Below, piece after piece: positions 24,130 through 38,490 of a stretch of 64,000 nt of DNA. The stretch covers positions 548,328,001-548,392,000 of the forward strand of contig NW_027362761.1 of the NCBI RefSeq assembly GCF_046119375.1, given 5' to 3'. This DNA is from Phyllobates terribilis. Lineage: Eukaryota. Each line of letters starts with the position of its first letter. The first letter of the stretch is position 1. The position numbers and the translations under genes were made by a program. The notes beneath the pieces are model-generated. The model had not been told where the DNA came from, made no database searches, and worked only from the letters and a program-made list of their open reading frames with translations.

Positions 24130-27100
24130 AAAAAAGCAATGAGCGTCTCGCTGGCTGTTCAGACTCCAATATATCTGTTTAAAAGAGTCTGGTGTACGCC
24201 AGAGAACTAGAACTGTGGTTTTCCTCTTCCACGGTTCAAATCTGGGTGTTATCAACCTGCTTGACTTTTTTCCATAAAAAAAACAGTTTGAGTGTGTTAC
24301 TGACTGATCAGACACAAATATATCTATTTTCACAAGTCTGGTATACTCCAGGAAATTATAAGTGTGGTTTTGCAGTTCCACGGTTCAAATCTCTGTATTA
24401 TCCACTTTTTTGTCTTTTTTGCTTAAAAAATAACATTTTCAGTGTCTCACTGACTGTTCCGACACCAATATATCTGTTAAAAAGAGTCTGGTGTAGGCCA
24501 GAGAACAAGAAATGTGGTTTTACTTTTCCACGGTTCAAATCTGGGTGTTATCAACCTGCTTGCCTTTTTCCATAAAAAAAAACAGTTTGAGTGTGTCGCT
24601 GACTGTTCAGACACAAATATATCTATTTTAACAAGTTTAGTATACACCAGGAAATTATAACTGTGGTTTTGCAGTTCCACGGTTCAAATCTCTGTATTAT
24701 CCAATTTTTTGTCTTTTTTGCATAAATAAAAACATTTTCAGTGTCTCGCTGACTGTTCAGACACCAATATATCTGTTTAAAAGAGTCTGGTGTAGGCAAG
24801 AGAACTAGAACTGCGGTTTTCCTCTTCTACCGTTCAAATCTGGGTGTTATCAACGTGCTTGCCTTTTTTCCATAAAAAAAAACAGTATGAGTGTGTCACT
24901 GACTGTTCAGACACAAATATATCTATTTTAACAAGTCTGGTATACACCAGGAAATTATAACTGTGGTTTTGCAGTTCCACGGTTCAAATTTCTGTATTAT
25001 CCACTTTTTTGTCTTTTTTGCATAAAAAAAAACATTTTCAGTGTCTCGCTGATTATTCCGACACCAATATATCTGTTTAAAAGAGTCTGGTGTAGGCCAG
25101 AGAACTAGAACTGTGGTTTTCCTCTTCCACGGTTCAAATCTGGGTGTAATCCACCTTTTTGAATAAAAAAAACATTTTGAGTGTCTCGCTGACTGTTCAG
25201 ACACAAATATATCTATTTTAACAAGTCTGGTATACACCAGGAAATATAACTGTGGTTTTGCAGTTCCACGGTTCAAATCTCTGTGTTATCCACTTTTTTG
25301 CCTCTTTTCAATAAAAAAAAAAACATTTTGAGTGTCTCGCTGACTGTTCAGACACAAATATATCTGTTTAAAAGATTCTGGTGTAGGCCAGATAACTAGA
25401 ACTGTGGTTTTCCTCTTCCACGGTTCAAATCTGGGTGTAATCCACCTTTTTACATAAAAAAAACATTGTGAGTGTCTCACTGACTGTTCAGACACAAATA
25501 TATCTGTTTAAAAGATAACGGTGTAGGCCAGATAACTATTACTGTGGTTTTCCTATCCCATGTATCAAACCTGGGTGTAATCCACCTTTTCACATAAAAA
25601 AAAAAACAGTTTGAGTGTCTCGCTGACTGTTCAGACACAAATATATCTGTTTAAAATAGTTTGGTGTAGGCCAGAGAACTAGAACTGTGGTTTTCCTCTC
25701 CCATGGTTCAAATCTGGGTGTTATATACCTGCTTGCCTTTCTTCCATAATAAAAAAACAGTTTGAGTGTGTTACTGACTGATCAGACACAAATATATCTA
25801 TTTTAACAAGTTTAGTATACACCAGGAAATTATAACTGTGGTTTTGCAGTTCCACGGTTCAAATCTCTGTATTATCCAATTTTTTGTCTTTTTTGCATAA
25901 ATAAAAACATTTTTAGTGTCTCACTGACTGTTCAGACACCAATATATCTGTTTAAAAGAGTCTGGTGTAGGCCAGAGAACAAGAAATGTGGTTTTACTCG
26001 TCCACGGTTCAAATCAGGGTGTTATCAACCTGCTTGCCTTTTTTCCATAAAAAAAAACAGTTTGAGTGTGTCGCTGACTGTTCAGACACAAATATATCTA
26101 TTGTAACAAGTTTAGTATACACCAGGAAATTATAACTGTGGTTTTGCAGTTCCACGGTTCAAATCTCTGTATTATCCACTTTTTTGTCTTTTTTGCATAA
26201 ATAAAAACATTTTCAGTGTCTCACTAACTGTTCAGACACCAATATATCTGTTTAAAAGAGTCTGGTGTAGGCCAGAGAACTAGAACTGTGGTTTTCCTCT
26301 TCCACGGTTCAAATCTGGGTGTTATATACCTGCTTGCCTTTCTTCCATAATAAAAAAACAGTTTGAGTCTGTCGCTGACTGTTCAGACACAAATATATCT
26401 ATTTTAACAAGTCTGGTATACACCAGGAAATTATAACTGTGGTTTTGCAGTTCCACTGTTCAAATCTCTGTATTATCCACTTTTTTGTCTTTTTTGCATA
26501 AAAAAAACATTTTCAGTGTCTCGTTGACTGTTCAGACACCAATATATCTGTTTAAAAGAGTCTGGTGTAAGCAAGAGAACTAGAACTGCGGTTTTACTCT
26601 TCTACCGTTCAAATCTGGGTGTTATCAACGTGCTTGCCTTTTTTCCATAAAAAAAACCAGTATGAGTGTGTCACTGACTGTTCAGACACAAATATATCTA
26701 TTTTAACAAGTCTGGTATACACCAGGAAATTATAACTGTGGTTTTGCAGTTCCACGGTTCAAATTTCTGTATTATCCACTTTTTTGTCTTTTTTGCATAA
26801 AAAAAAACATTTTCAGTGTCTCGCTGATTATTCCGACAACAATATATCTGTTTAAAAGAGTCTGGTGTAGGCCAGAGAACTAGAATTGTGGTTTTCCTCT
26901 CCCATGGTTCAAATCTGGGTGTAATCCACCTTTTTGAATAAAAAATAAATTTTGAGTGTCTCGCTGACTGTTCAGACACAAATATATCTATTTTAACAAG
27001 TCTGGTATACACCAGGAAATTATAACTGTGGTTTTGCAGTTCCACGGTTCAAATCTCTGTGTTATCCACTTTTTTGCCTCTTTTCAATAAAAAAAAACAT

Positions 27101-27775
27101 TTTCAGTGTCTCACTCACTGTTCAGTCACAAATATATCTGTTTAAAAGATTCTGGTGTAGGCCAGATAACTAGAACTGTGGTTTTCCTCTCCCACGGTTC
27201 AAATCAGGGTGTAATCCACCTTTTTGCATAAAAAAACAGTTTGAGCGTCTCGCTAACTGTTCAGACACAAATATATCTGTTTAAAAGATTCTGGTGTAGG
27301 CCAGAGAACTAGAACTGTGGTTTTCCTTTTCCATGGTACAAATCTGGGTGTAATCCACCTTTTTGCATAAAAAAAAAACAGTTTGAGTGTCTCGCTGACT
27401 GTTCAGACACAAATATATCTGTTTAAAAGAGTCTGGTGTAGGCCAGATAACTAGAACTGTGGTTTTGCAGTTCCACGGTTCAAATTTCTGTATTGTCCAC
27501 TTTTTTGCCTTTTTTCAATAAAAAAAACATTTTGAGTGTCTCACTGACTGTTCAGACACAAATATATCTGTTTAAAAGATTCTTGTGTAGGCCAGATAAC
27601 TAGAACTGTACTTTTCCTCTCCCCTGGTACAAATCTGGGTGTAATCCACCTTTTTGCATAAAAAAAAATATTTTAAGTATCTCGCTGATGTTCAAACACA
27701 AATATCTGTTTGAAAGAGTCTGGTGTAGGCCAGATAACTAGAACTGTGGTTTTCTTCTTCCACGGTTCAAATCTC
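24130..27775. repeat. About 150-bp satellite array (about 24 units, two subtypes, partly alternating) upstream of the family A transposase
   Basis: Recurrent gactgttcagacac...ctgtggtttt...ccacggttcaaatc units every 140-155 bp. Confidence 0.95.
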
Positions 27776-27834
27776 CTTTTTATTACACATTTGCCATTGA
27801 TAGTGCGAGTGTAAGCTATTTTACTTCATTTACA

Positions 27835-30800
27835 ATGGGTAAGGCGCGTGGCAAGGGACGTGGGACTGGACGTTCAGGTGATGGTGCGTGCAGAGGACGG
27901 AGCCGTGGCCAAGGTGAAAATGTGTCACAACCAACAGCCACATCTTTTCGCTCTCAGTTCTTGACCGAATTACTAGAGAAGCACACAACAGCACCACTAT
28001 TGCGAACTGATCAGTGTGAACAGGTTATTAATTGGATAGCAGATAATACTTCCAGTCACCTGGGCACCACCACCTCCGGTCTTTCTTCCACATGGTCAAG
28101 TGTTAGTAGCCGTGAGTTTAGACTGCATACTCCTCCTCACCCTGATGCTCCTTCCTCCCACCATGCCGAGTTTCGTCAGACAGCAACTGATCCCACAGTT
28201 GGACTCTCTGAAGAGCTGTTCACTGGTCCATTTCCATATTTGTGCCCCTCCCCTGCTCCTCTTGAAGTGGTGGAAGAGGAGATCCTATGAAGCGATGGCC
28301 ATATATTTGAACAGCCACAGCCACAGGAAGGCGACGTTGGCAATTGTCACAAGAGGTGGACAACGACGAGACACAATTGCCACGAGGTGAGGAGGAGGAC
28401 CGTGGTGTGGAAGTGGAAGAGGAGGAGGTGGTGGATGATCTCGTAACTGACCCAAAGTGGCAGGAGGACACACAGAGCAAGGCCAGCAGCACAAAGGGGG
28501 GGGGGGAGGCAGAGTACCCCAACAGGCAGGAAGAAGCAGTGTGGTGGCCGCAGACAGAAGGCAGGCAACCGCTCCCCGTAACACCAACATGAGGGACGTT
28601 GCCAGTACAACCGGTAGTTCTTCCAGAGTCTGGAATTTTTTTATAGACACTGCTGATAACCCCAAAAAGGCCATTTGTAAGACCTGCCAGGCCAGCATCA
28701 TCATGGGTGACAAAACTACCAGCCTGACCACTACCAACATGATCAGGCACATGTCAGCAAAGCACCCGACTTTGTGAGGCGAACCCCAGGGTCCACGACC
28801 AGTGTCATCGGGTGTCACCACTGCTACTTCCGCTGTTGTGCGTGTAAGAGAACCCCCTGTTGTGCGTGCAAGGCTATCCTCTGTCCATACTGCATGAAAA
28901 GATGCCCGCTCCTCTCAGTCTTCACTTGCTATTGCAGTTTCTCAAGAAACAGCAGCAATGGCCACATCCACGTCCCACCGCAGCACAGCATTCAATTGTC
29001 AATATCCCAGAGCTTTAAAAAAAAGCGCAAATTTGCAGCCAACGCCCCACAGGCCACAGTCCTAAATTCGCACATTTCACGACTGCTTGCATTGGAAATG
29101 CTACCTTTTAGGCTGGTGGAGACCGAATCCTTCCGCAACCTTATGGCGGTGCCCGTTGTTCGGAACTCGTTCCCAGCCGACACTATTTTGCCTGTTTGCC
29201 ATCCCCGCACTACACAAACACATGTCCCAAAACATCTGCTGTGCCCTCAACAACGCAGTTACTGGGAAAGTCCACCTGACAACGGTCATGTGGACAAGTG
29301 CTTGTGGCCAGGTATGGTACATCTCCCTGACGGCACACTGGGTAAACATTGTGGAAGCTGGGACCCAGTCGGACCTTGGGACGGAACACATCCTCCCCAC
29401 ACCGAGGATTGAGGGCCCTATGTCAGTCAGAGTTGCCCCCACAGTGTACAGCTCCTGCACATCATCCTCCTCCTCCTCCTCATGTTCAGCCTCCATCTCA
29501 GATATCACCACATCAGTTACAAGCTGAAAGCACTGCAGTACTGCCTCAGCCAAGTGGCAAGAGGCTGTGCTGAAACTCATAAGCTTAGGTGAGAAACCTC
29601 ACACTGCTTGTGAGTTGTGGACAGCTGTGAAAGAGCAGGCAGATCTGTGGCTGAGACCGCTGAACCTACATCCAGGCAGGGTCGTGTGTGACAATGGCCA
29701 TAACCTGGTGGAGGCTCTGAGGCGAGGTGAGATCACACACGTGCCATGCCTGCCTCATGTGCTTAACCTCGTGGGTCAGCATCTTCTTAAATCGCACCCC
29801 GAGTTGCCAGATCTGCTCTTCAAAGTACGCCGCCAGTCAGCTCATTTTCGGAAGTTGGCTACAGCTTCCGCCGCCCTTGCTGTGTTTCAGCAGCGTTTGC
29901 AGATTCCGGCACACTGACTGGTGTGTGATGTCCCCACATGGTGGAATTATACCCTACACATGTTGCAAAGGATTTGTGAGCAGAAGAGAGCAGTTGTGGA
30001 GTACCAGCTGCAACAAGGCCGTCGACATTCAGGTCAGACACCACACATAAGACCTAAAGGAGTCTGACATATGTACCATCCTGACAAACTTTGAGGAGTC
30101 CACCAAGATGGTGAGTGGCGATGACGCCGTCATTAGTGTCAGCATCCCAATTGTCTGTCTTTTGCAATGCTCTCTGCAGAGAATTAAAGAGGAGGCATTA
30201 CAGCCAGAGTATGATGAGATGGATCAAGAAGCCACAGTGGGCGATTACACACAGCCCAGCCTCATCTCATCCCAACATGCATTAGGGGACAATGAGGGAG
30301 AGGAGGAGGAGGAGGAGGAATAACAGGAGCTGGTATTATGCGCTGTAGACGGTAGTACCTGTACAACTGTCATACCGTCGGTTCAGCGTGGGTGGCCTGA
30401 GGACAGGGGGGAGGAGGAGGAGGAGTAGAGCATGGTCAGTCGTCATCTTGGTGAAAACATGGAAGTCTTGCCTGTTACCTGAACCGTGACCCTCGTGTTG
30501 TCAAAATGTTGGGTGACAGTCTTTACTGGTTGGTGACACTTTTAGACCCCCGCTACAAGGAGAACTTTCACTCTCTTATTCCTGAGGTGGAGAGGTCTAC
30601 AAAAATGGGGCAGTACCAGAAGGCCCTTGCTGCAGAACTGTTAAAAAAATTCATATCTGAATACGCTAGCGGCAGAGGTCACAGTTCGTTGACCAATCAA
30701 GGCGTACAGGCAAGAGAGACGTAACTCCAATCCAGCAGAGGCAGGGGAACACTGTCAACGTTCTGGGACAGTTTTCTGAGACCCGCCCAGCTTACAGGCC

Positions 30801-31132
30801 CTGAGGCGCGGTGTACACTCACAAGGAGTGGAAAGTTTCAAAAGATGGTGAGGGAGTACCTTGCCAACCGTGATTCCTCTGTGCCTTTTAATTATTGGGT
30901 TTCCAAGCTGGACACTTGGAATGAACTCACACTGTACGCCTTGGAGGTCCTGGCCTGTCCTGCTGCTAGCGTGTTATCGGAGGATGTTTTTAGTGCTGCT
31001 GGGGGTATTATAACTGATAAGCGCACTCACCTGTCAACTGACAATGCTGACAAGCTGACCCTTATCAAAATGAACAAGGGCTGGATTGGGCCAGACTTCT
31101 CATCACCACCAAATGACAGCAGAGTAACATAA
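27835..31132 (+). pseudogene. hAT family A transposase pseudogene
   Basis: ATG at 27835 (RG-rich N-terminus). BED VWNFFIDTADNPKKAICKTC...MIRHMSAKH, VVCDNGHN, HVPCLPH, LLDPRYK, CPAASVLSEDVFS. First catalytic D reads V; multiple stops. Confidence 0.93.
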
Positions 31133-31424
31133 AGTCAAATCCACTGTGTTGTTTCGGGAGGTGTATTACCATGCACCACTTCACACCCACACATGGGTAT
31201 ACGCTTCCTCATTTCTTCCTGTTTTTTGCTCTTCTCCTTATCCTCAGCCTCCACCACCACTAAACCACCAGGGTGACCGTGGTCCATGTTGCCAGCATTG
31301 CAAGTTCCTCCATCCTAATTTTTGGCAGCTTGTGCTTGGGAGGCATAGTAAAAGACTATGGGAGACCTACTCCCCAATAATGGAAATAATGTTTTTAATA
31401 TGCTGTACTGCATGGCTCTTGTAA

Positions 31425-32083
31425 GGGGCATTAAATCTGTCTTGTTAAGCTACTGCGACCTCCACCATTCTTCCAAGGGGCATTGATATTGTGTTTTTAT
31501 TCCACTGCAACCTCCACCACTCTTCCAATGGGCATTAAAACCATCTTGTTAAGCTACTGTGACCTCCACGTCTCTTACAAGGGACATTAAAACCATCTTG
31601 TTAAGCTACTGTGACCTCCAAGTCTCTTCCAAGGGGCATTAAAACTGTCTTGTTAAGCTACTGCGACCTCCACTACTCTTCCAAGGGGCTTTGATATTAT
31701 CTTTTTATTCCACTGTAACCTCCACCACTCTTCCAAGGGGCATTAAAACCATCTTGTTAAGCTACTGTTAACTCCACGTCTCTTCCAAGGGGCATTAAAA
31801 CCATCTTGTTAAGCTACTGTGACCTCCACGTCTCTTCCAAGGGGCATTAAAACCGTGTTGTTAAGCTAATGTGACCTCCACGTCTCTTCCAAGGGGCATT
31901 GATATTGTCTTTTTATTCCACTGTAACCTCCACCACTCTTCCAAGGGGCATTAAAACCGTCTTGTTAAGCTACTGCGACCTCCACCACTCTTCCAAGGGG
32001 CATTGATATTGTCTTTTTATTCCACTGCGACCTCCACCACTCTTCCAATGGGCATTAAAACCGTCTTGTTAAGCTACTGTGAC
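31425..32083. repeat. 52-bp minisatellite, left part (interrupted by family B insertion)
   Basis: aaaaccatcttgttaagctactgtgacctccacgtctcttccaaggggcatt units. Confidence 0.93.
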
Positions 32084-32454
32084 TAGAGATGAGCGTTGTT
32101 CTACTCGAACTGTTCGCCAATCTCAAATTCGAGCTGTTTTGGGCGGTGTTCCAGCCGTTCGGCGAACAAGAACAATTTGAGAAAAATTCGGCTGTTCGAG
32201 GTTATGTTCGATAACTGTTCGTGCACCAAAATCATAACTGGATTTTTTCTCAGTAATGATGAAAATTCATGTTAATACGCAGTTTGAGTGTACAGCGGGG
32301 TGGGGGGAGGGGCAGGGGATGGATCTCTGCAGGAACAATGAAGATCTCCATTTTTTTTTTCTCTTTCCCGCATTTACAGTGGGGAGGTGCAATCTGTCAG
32401 CCTATCAGCAGCGCACACACGGAGCGAAGTGCTTTTTTTCACACAAGCAAGGGC

Positions 32455-32530
32455 ATGTGTCATTGGCAGTGTATGTCACATGTCCTTGCCCTATAAGACC
32501 AAGCCATTTTCCCCGTCGCCACCATTTTCT
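32455..32530 (+). promoter_or_regulatory. Putative family B transposase promoter
   Basis: cattggc, TATAAG at 32492, gccatttt YY1/Inr-like motifs. Motif-only inference. Confidence 0.4.
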
Positions 32531-33002
32531 CACTGCTGCAGCTGCGTGTAAGACGGCACCGCTGTTGCTGTGTGTGCTATACCTTGTTAATTTCAAGCCA
32601 ATTTTCGCACAAATCTACAGATAGCTTGGGAGTAGGGAATAGTTGTGATTGCAGTCCTTTTAAGGACTAGGTTACAGCATTTCCTACGACTTTTATCAGG
32701 CAGGTCTGTGCTCTTAAATAGATAGATTGTGGGAGTAAAGACTAATTGTAATTGGAGTCCTTTTCAGGACTAGGTTACATCAGTTCCTATCAGTTTTTGC
32801 CAGGCAGGTCTGTGCCAGTGCTGTGCAAGTTTTTTTCACAGCATTTGGCTGAATCTAGCAAAGCTAATCCTTTTTGGCCTATTGCAGAGTGTGTTAGTCA
32901 GTGGAGTAGCCTTTCTGTGTTGCAAGATATACCACCTGTGTATAGAATACCAATTTTTTTACTGCACCTAGTGAAGTAAAATCTTTTGGGCATAGCATCA
33001 TT

Positions 33003-34262
33003 CTATTAGTCCATCTATACAGACCTCCATCAGGTTGCAAATTGAATATAATTTTTTTCTGCATCTACCTCTGAAAAAATATTGGGCTTCTAGCTGTGTG
33101 TGGGACTTGTTGTATTAGTCCATCTATACTGACCTCCATCAGGTTGCAAACTGAATATATTTTTTTCTGCATCTACCTCTGAAAAAATATTGGGCTTCTA
33201 GCTGTGTGTGGGACTTGTTGTATTAGTCCATCTATACAGACCTCCATCAGGTTGCAAACTGAATATATTTTTTTCTGCATCTACCTCTGAAAAAATATTG
33301 GGCTTCTAGCTGTGTGTGGGACTTGTTCTATTAATCGATCTATACAGACCTCCATCAGGTTGCAAACTGAATATATTTTTTTCTGCATCTACCTCTGAAA
33401 AAATATTGGGCTTCTAGCTGTGTGTGGGACTTGTTGTATTAGTCCATCTATACTGACCTCCATCAGGTTGCAAACTGAATATATTTTTTTCTGCATCTAC
33501 CTGAGAAAAAATATTGGGCTTCTAGCTGTGTGTGGGACTTGTTCTATTAATCCATCTATACAGACCTCGATCAGGTTGCAAACTGAATATATTTTTTTCT
33601 GCATCTACCTCTGAAAAAATATTGGGCTTCTACCTGTGTGTGGGACTTGTTGTATTAGTCCATCTATACTGACCTCCATCAGGTTGCAAACTGAATATAT
33701 TTTTTTCTGCATCTACCTCTGAAAAAATATTGGGCTTCTAGCTGTGTGTGGGACTTGTTCTATTAATCCATCTATACAGACCTCCATCAGGTTGCAAACT
33801 GAATATATTTCTTTCTGCATCTACCTCTGAAAAAATATTGGGCTTCTAGCTGTGTGTGGGACTTGTTGTATTAGTCCATCTATACTGACCTCCATCAGGT
33901 TGCACACTGAATATATTTTTTTCTGCATCTACCTCTGAAAAAATATTTGGCCTTCTAGCAGTGTGTGGGACTTTCTCTATTAGTCCATCTATACTGACCT
34001 CCATCAGGTTGCAAATTAAAAATAATTTTTATCTGCATCTAGCTCTGAAAAAATATTTGGCCTTCTAGCAGTGTGTGGGACTTTCTCTATTAGTCCATCT
34101 ATACTGACCTCCATCAGGTTGCAAATTAAAAATAATTTTTATCTGCATCTAGCTCTGAAAAAATATTTGGCCTTCTAGCAGTGTGTGGGACTTTATTAGT
34201 CCATCTATACTGACCTCCATCAGGTTGCAAATTGAATATAATTTTTTTCTGCATCTAACCCA
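33003..34262. repeat. 108-bp satellite array, about 11-12 units
   Basis: tattagtccatc at 33004, 33113, 33221 and onward. Confidence 0.95.
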
Positions 34263-34373
34263 GCCAATAGTTTTGGCCTAATACCACAGTTTGGCCACTC
34301 AGCTCTGCTCGGTTCCCATCCATTGTTTTTTTGTGCAAACAACTCCAGAGTTGTTAATTAGTTAACCACCAAA

Positions 34374-37300
34374 ATGAGTGGAAAAAGGCCTGCTGCTGGT
34401 GGAAAGGGGAATAGGCGTGTTGGGAAGGGGAAAAAAGGTTGTGTCCGTGGGGTAGGTGTTAAAGCAACAGTAACATCTGCAGAAGAAACACCATCTTCCA
34501 GCCAAACTAAAATGTCTACTTCTTTTAGCGGACAATGTGATAAGATCCCTTTCTTACGGCCACGCCAATCGCTACAAATTCCAGATGAGGCACAAAAACA
34601 GCAGGTGCTTCAACGGATATCAAGTGCTCCTTTAAGTGGGCTCTCCTCCACATCAACTTCAACATCACAAATACTCCAGTCCTCAAAGGTGTCACCCCAA
34701 TCGCACTTGTTTCCTCACAGCTCCCAAATCTCCAGCTGCCCGTCTGAGTATGAGGTAGAACAGATGGTTGAGTCTGCAGAGCTGTTTACTCATACTATAG
34801 CCTGGGAATCAGAGGTCGACTCCAGCGCTTCTGTGAATCCAGACGAGGAAATGATCTGCACTGATGCCCAGAATCTTTATGAGTCGGATCCAGGACCAGA
34901 CGCAGGAGGTTCTGACCATAATGTAGACCCTCATTCCCAAACTGTAACTCCTGTTGGTGGAGACAATGAGGAAGACGATGATAAGACTCAAATACCTGAT
35001 TGGAGCGACAACTTTAGTTTTTTGTCAGGGCAGGAACAGGTTGGCTCTGAGGACGACGGGTGTGATAACGCACAGGGTGATGATGATGAGGTTGGAGATC
35101 CCACTTACTGTCAACCCACAGTAAGCCAAGAGATGAGGACAGCAGAGGAGGTGGAGGAAGATGCTAGTGACGACGAGGTCAGGTTGCGCCTTCCTGGACA
35201 GAGACGTAGTACTGGAAGCACGTCAACAACTGCATCCTCAAACACAACTCTGCCTCTCACCACAAGTCGTGGTGGCTCTTCAGGTCGCATGGGTGCTAAG
35301 CCTTGCATAGCCTGGGCATATTTTCAGATCGATAAAGATGACCCAACTCGTGTTATCTGTAACATTTGTCAGCAAAAGCTAAGTAGAGGCCAAAAAATAC
35401 ATAGTTTGAGTACTTCATGCATGAACCAGCACATGGACATGAAGCATAAGTTGCAGTGGGAAGCTCAGTGTGCTACAATGCGGCCTAGCCGGCCGGGCCA
35501 ACCACCGTCTGCCATATCTTGTGCATCCGCGGCCTCTTCATCATCTGTGACTGGGGGGACAGCAGTCACACCTGTTTTGGGGCGCAGACCTGCCACCTCT
35601 TTACCCGCAACAGCCAGCGTGATTGGCAGGTCATCATTTTCTTTGGAGGTGGTAACACCAGCTGGTGTTGAGCGCTGTCCGACATCGATAGCACCACCTT
35701 TGGATCAAGGCAACCTAACATGTCCGCCTGCATCTTCCTCACAGACCGGCAGTTTGCCGGGGACACCCTTATCAACCCCGTCTAAGCACAATAGCCAGCC
35801 CTCGGTCCCTCAGATGTGGACAAGTAAAAGACCATTTCCTCCTAGCCATGAGAAAGCTAAGAGGTTGAATTTCACCATCTGCAAGTTCTTGGCTACAGAA
35901 ATGCTGCCTTTCCGCCTGGTGGACACAGAGGATTTTCGAAACCTTATGTCCGTCGCAGTGCCCCAGTACCAGATGCCCAGTCGGCACTACTTCTCAAAGA
36001 AAGGTGTGCCTGCGCTCCACCAGCATGTCGCACACAACATCACCGCTTCTTTGAGAAACTCTGTGTGTGACAGGGTGCATTTCACCACAGACACTTGGAC
36101 GAGTAGGCATGGACAGGGGCGTTACATGTCGCTGACTGGGCACTGGGTAACTATGGTGACAGCAGGACAAGGGGCTGCTGTCCAAGTCTTGCCGTCCCCA
36201 CGAGTTGTGCGTCAATCCTCTTTATGTCAAAGTTCCTCCACTGCTTCTGCCTCCTCAACCTCCTCTCGGTCTTCCACCTGCACCCAAAGCCTGTCTGGTC
36301 ATGCCACAAGCTTTCTAACTGCGCAGAAGGGATCCTGCACACCTCTTTACTATGCTGGCAGTAGGGCTCAATGTCATCAGGCGGTTTTTACATTGAAATG
36401 TCTGGGAAATGTGAGTCACACAGCTGAGGAGTTGTGGTCAGCTCTGGAGAACCAATTTCATGAATGGTTGTCTCCACTGGACCTGAAACCAGGGAAGGCC
36501 GTGTGCGACAATGCTGCAAACCTGGGTGCGGCCCTTCGCCGGGGCAATGTCACACACGTGCCTTGTATGGCTCACGTGTTGAACCTGGTTGTCCAGCAAT
36601 TTTTAGCCCACTATCCCAGACTAGATGGCCTTCTGCAGAAGGCACGGTCGCTGTGTGCTCACTTCCGCTGTTCGCATCCCGCAGCTCAGCGACTTACATC
36701 TCTACAGAAGTCGTTGGGCCTGCCACTTCACCGGCTAAAATGCGATGTGCCTACCCGGTGGAATTCAACTCTGCACATGTTGCAGCGACTGTGGCAGCAC
36801 CGACAAGCCCTGATGCAATACGTTCTGACGTATAGCCTGGGCCAACGAGATCCAGAGGTGGGGCAAATCACGTTGGAGGATTGGTCTCAGATCAGGGACC
36901 TATGCACCCTTCTGCACAGTTTTGAAATGGCGACGAAGATGTTTAGTGCTGATGATGCCATTATCAGCATGACTATTCCGGTGATTTACATGCTGGAGCA
37001 CATGTTAATAGAATTCGGAGTCAGGTGGTGGCACAAGAGGAGGTGGAGGAAGTAGAGGAGGAGGAGTTGTATGCGGAAGGGCTAACATCTGCAAGGTCCA
37101 GACGGTCGGCAGCACCAAGGCGGCAGGCATGTGAGGGTGGGGGAGATGGTTTTACCAGGGCGCATGGTAGCAGCCAAACTAGTGAGGAAGGTGCAGGAGC
37201 CCAGGAAGAAGTGGAGGATGAACTGATGGAAGGCTCATCAGATGAGGGAGACCTTGATCACATTTCTGTTGTGCGAGGTTGGGGGGAGAGGACAGAGGAA

Positions 37301-38055
37301 GGAAGCATGATTGTTACCTCGCCACCAACACAACAGGGACTTGGTGCTCCTGGATGCGCAACACACATGAGTGCCTTCTTGCTGCACTACCTGCAACATG
37401 ACCCTCGAATTGTGAGAATTAGAAATAATCCTGACTACTGGGTTGCCACACTGTTAGATCCCCGGTACAAAAGTAAATTTGCAGAAATTATTCCTGCCAT
37501 AGAAAGGGATGCACGCATGCAGGAGTATCAGCAGAGACTGTTGCAGAATCTTACATGTGCTTTTCCACAAAATACCAGTGGTGCACGTAGTGAATCTCAC
37601 AGTTCCAACTTGCCAACCGTGGGACCGTCAAGTGTTCAGCACTCAAACCGTAACAGAACCACAGTATCTGCTGGTAACATCACCACTTTTTTAGCCCATC
37701 CTTTGCAAGGCCACAGGAGACAAGAAGTCTGACACATAGTCAACGCCTAGAGACGATGGTACAGGAGTATCTCCAAGTAAACATTGAAGCCACGACTGTG
37801 TCACTGGACCCTTGCTCTTTTTGGGCTTCCAATCTGGATAAATGGCCGGAGCTAGCCACTTACGCCTTGGAGATCTTGTCATGCCCCGCAGCCAGCGTTC
37901 TGTCTGAACGTGTGTTCAGCGCTGCTGGTGGTGTGCTGACAGATAAGCGCACTCGGCTCTCCACTGATAATGTAGACAGACTCACGTTCATAAAGATGAA
38001 CAAATCATGGATCCGAAACGACTTTTCTACCCCTGTGTCATCCTGGGGAGAGTAA
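34374..38055 (+). pseudogene. hAT family B transposase (ZBED-like), two frameshifts; about 1,230 aa when repaired
   Basis: ORFs 34374-37055, 37025-37732, 37756-38055. BED AWAYF...CNIC...MNQHMDMKH, FTTDTWTS, VCDNAAN, PCMAH, TRWNS, LLDPRYK, SVLSERVFS all intact. Confidence 0.96.
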
Positions 38056-38490
38056 AAGCTTGATGATTGGTTAAAATCACCCTACCAACCGTTTTAAGCT
38101 TTCAAATTACTAATCATGTTTATCTGTATCTTGGCTGGAAAATAATTTGGGCTTTGTAGCAGTGTGCAGCACTGATTCTATTAGGCCATCTATAATAAGC
38201 TCCACCAGATTTAAAATTACTAATCATGTTTATCTGTATCTTGACTGGAAAATAATTTGGGCTTTGTAGCAGTGTGCAGCACTGATCCTATTAGGCCATC
38301 TATACTAAAGCTTCACCAGATTTAAAATTAATAATAATTTTTAGCTGCATCTAGCCCGGAAAATAATTTTGGGGCTCCGAGATGCGCAAGACACATAAGT
38401 GCCTTCTTGCTGCACTACCTGCAGCATGACCCTCATATTGTCAGAATTCGAAGTAATCATGACTACTGGGTTGCCACACTCTTAGATCCC

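Noticed and set aside
24130-27775. Regularly spaced repeats resembling a CRISPR array, and the repeated ORFs in them
   Set aside because: Units are fully repeated with no unique spacers, there are no cas genes, and the context is eukaryotic. The ORFs are by-products of the satellite.
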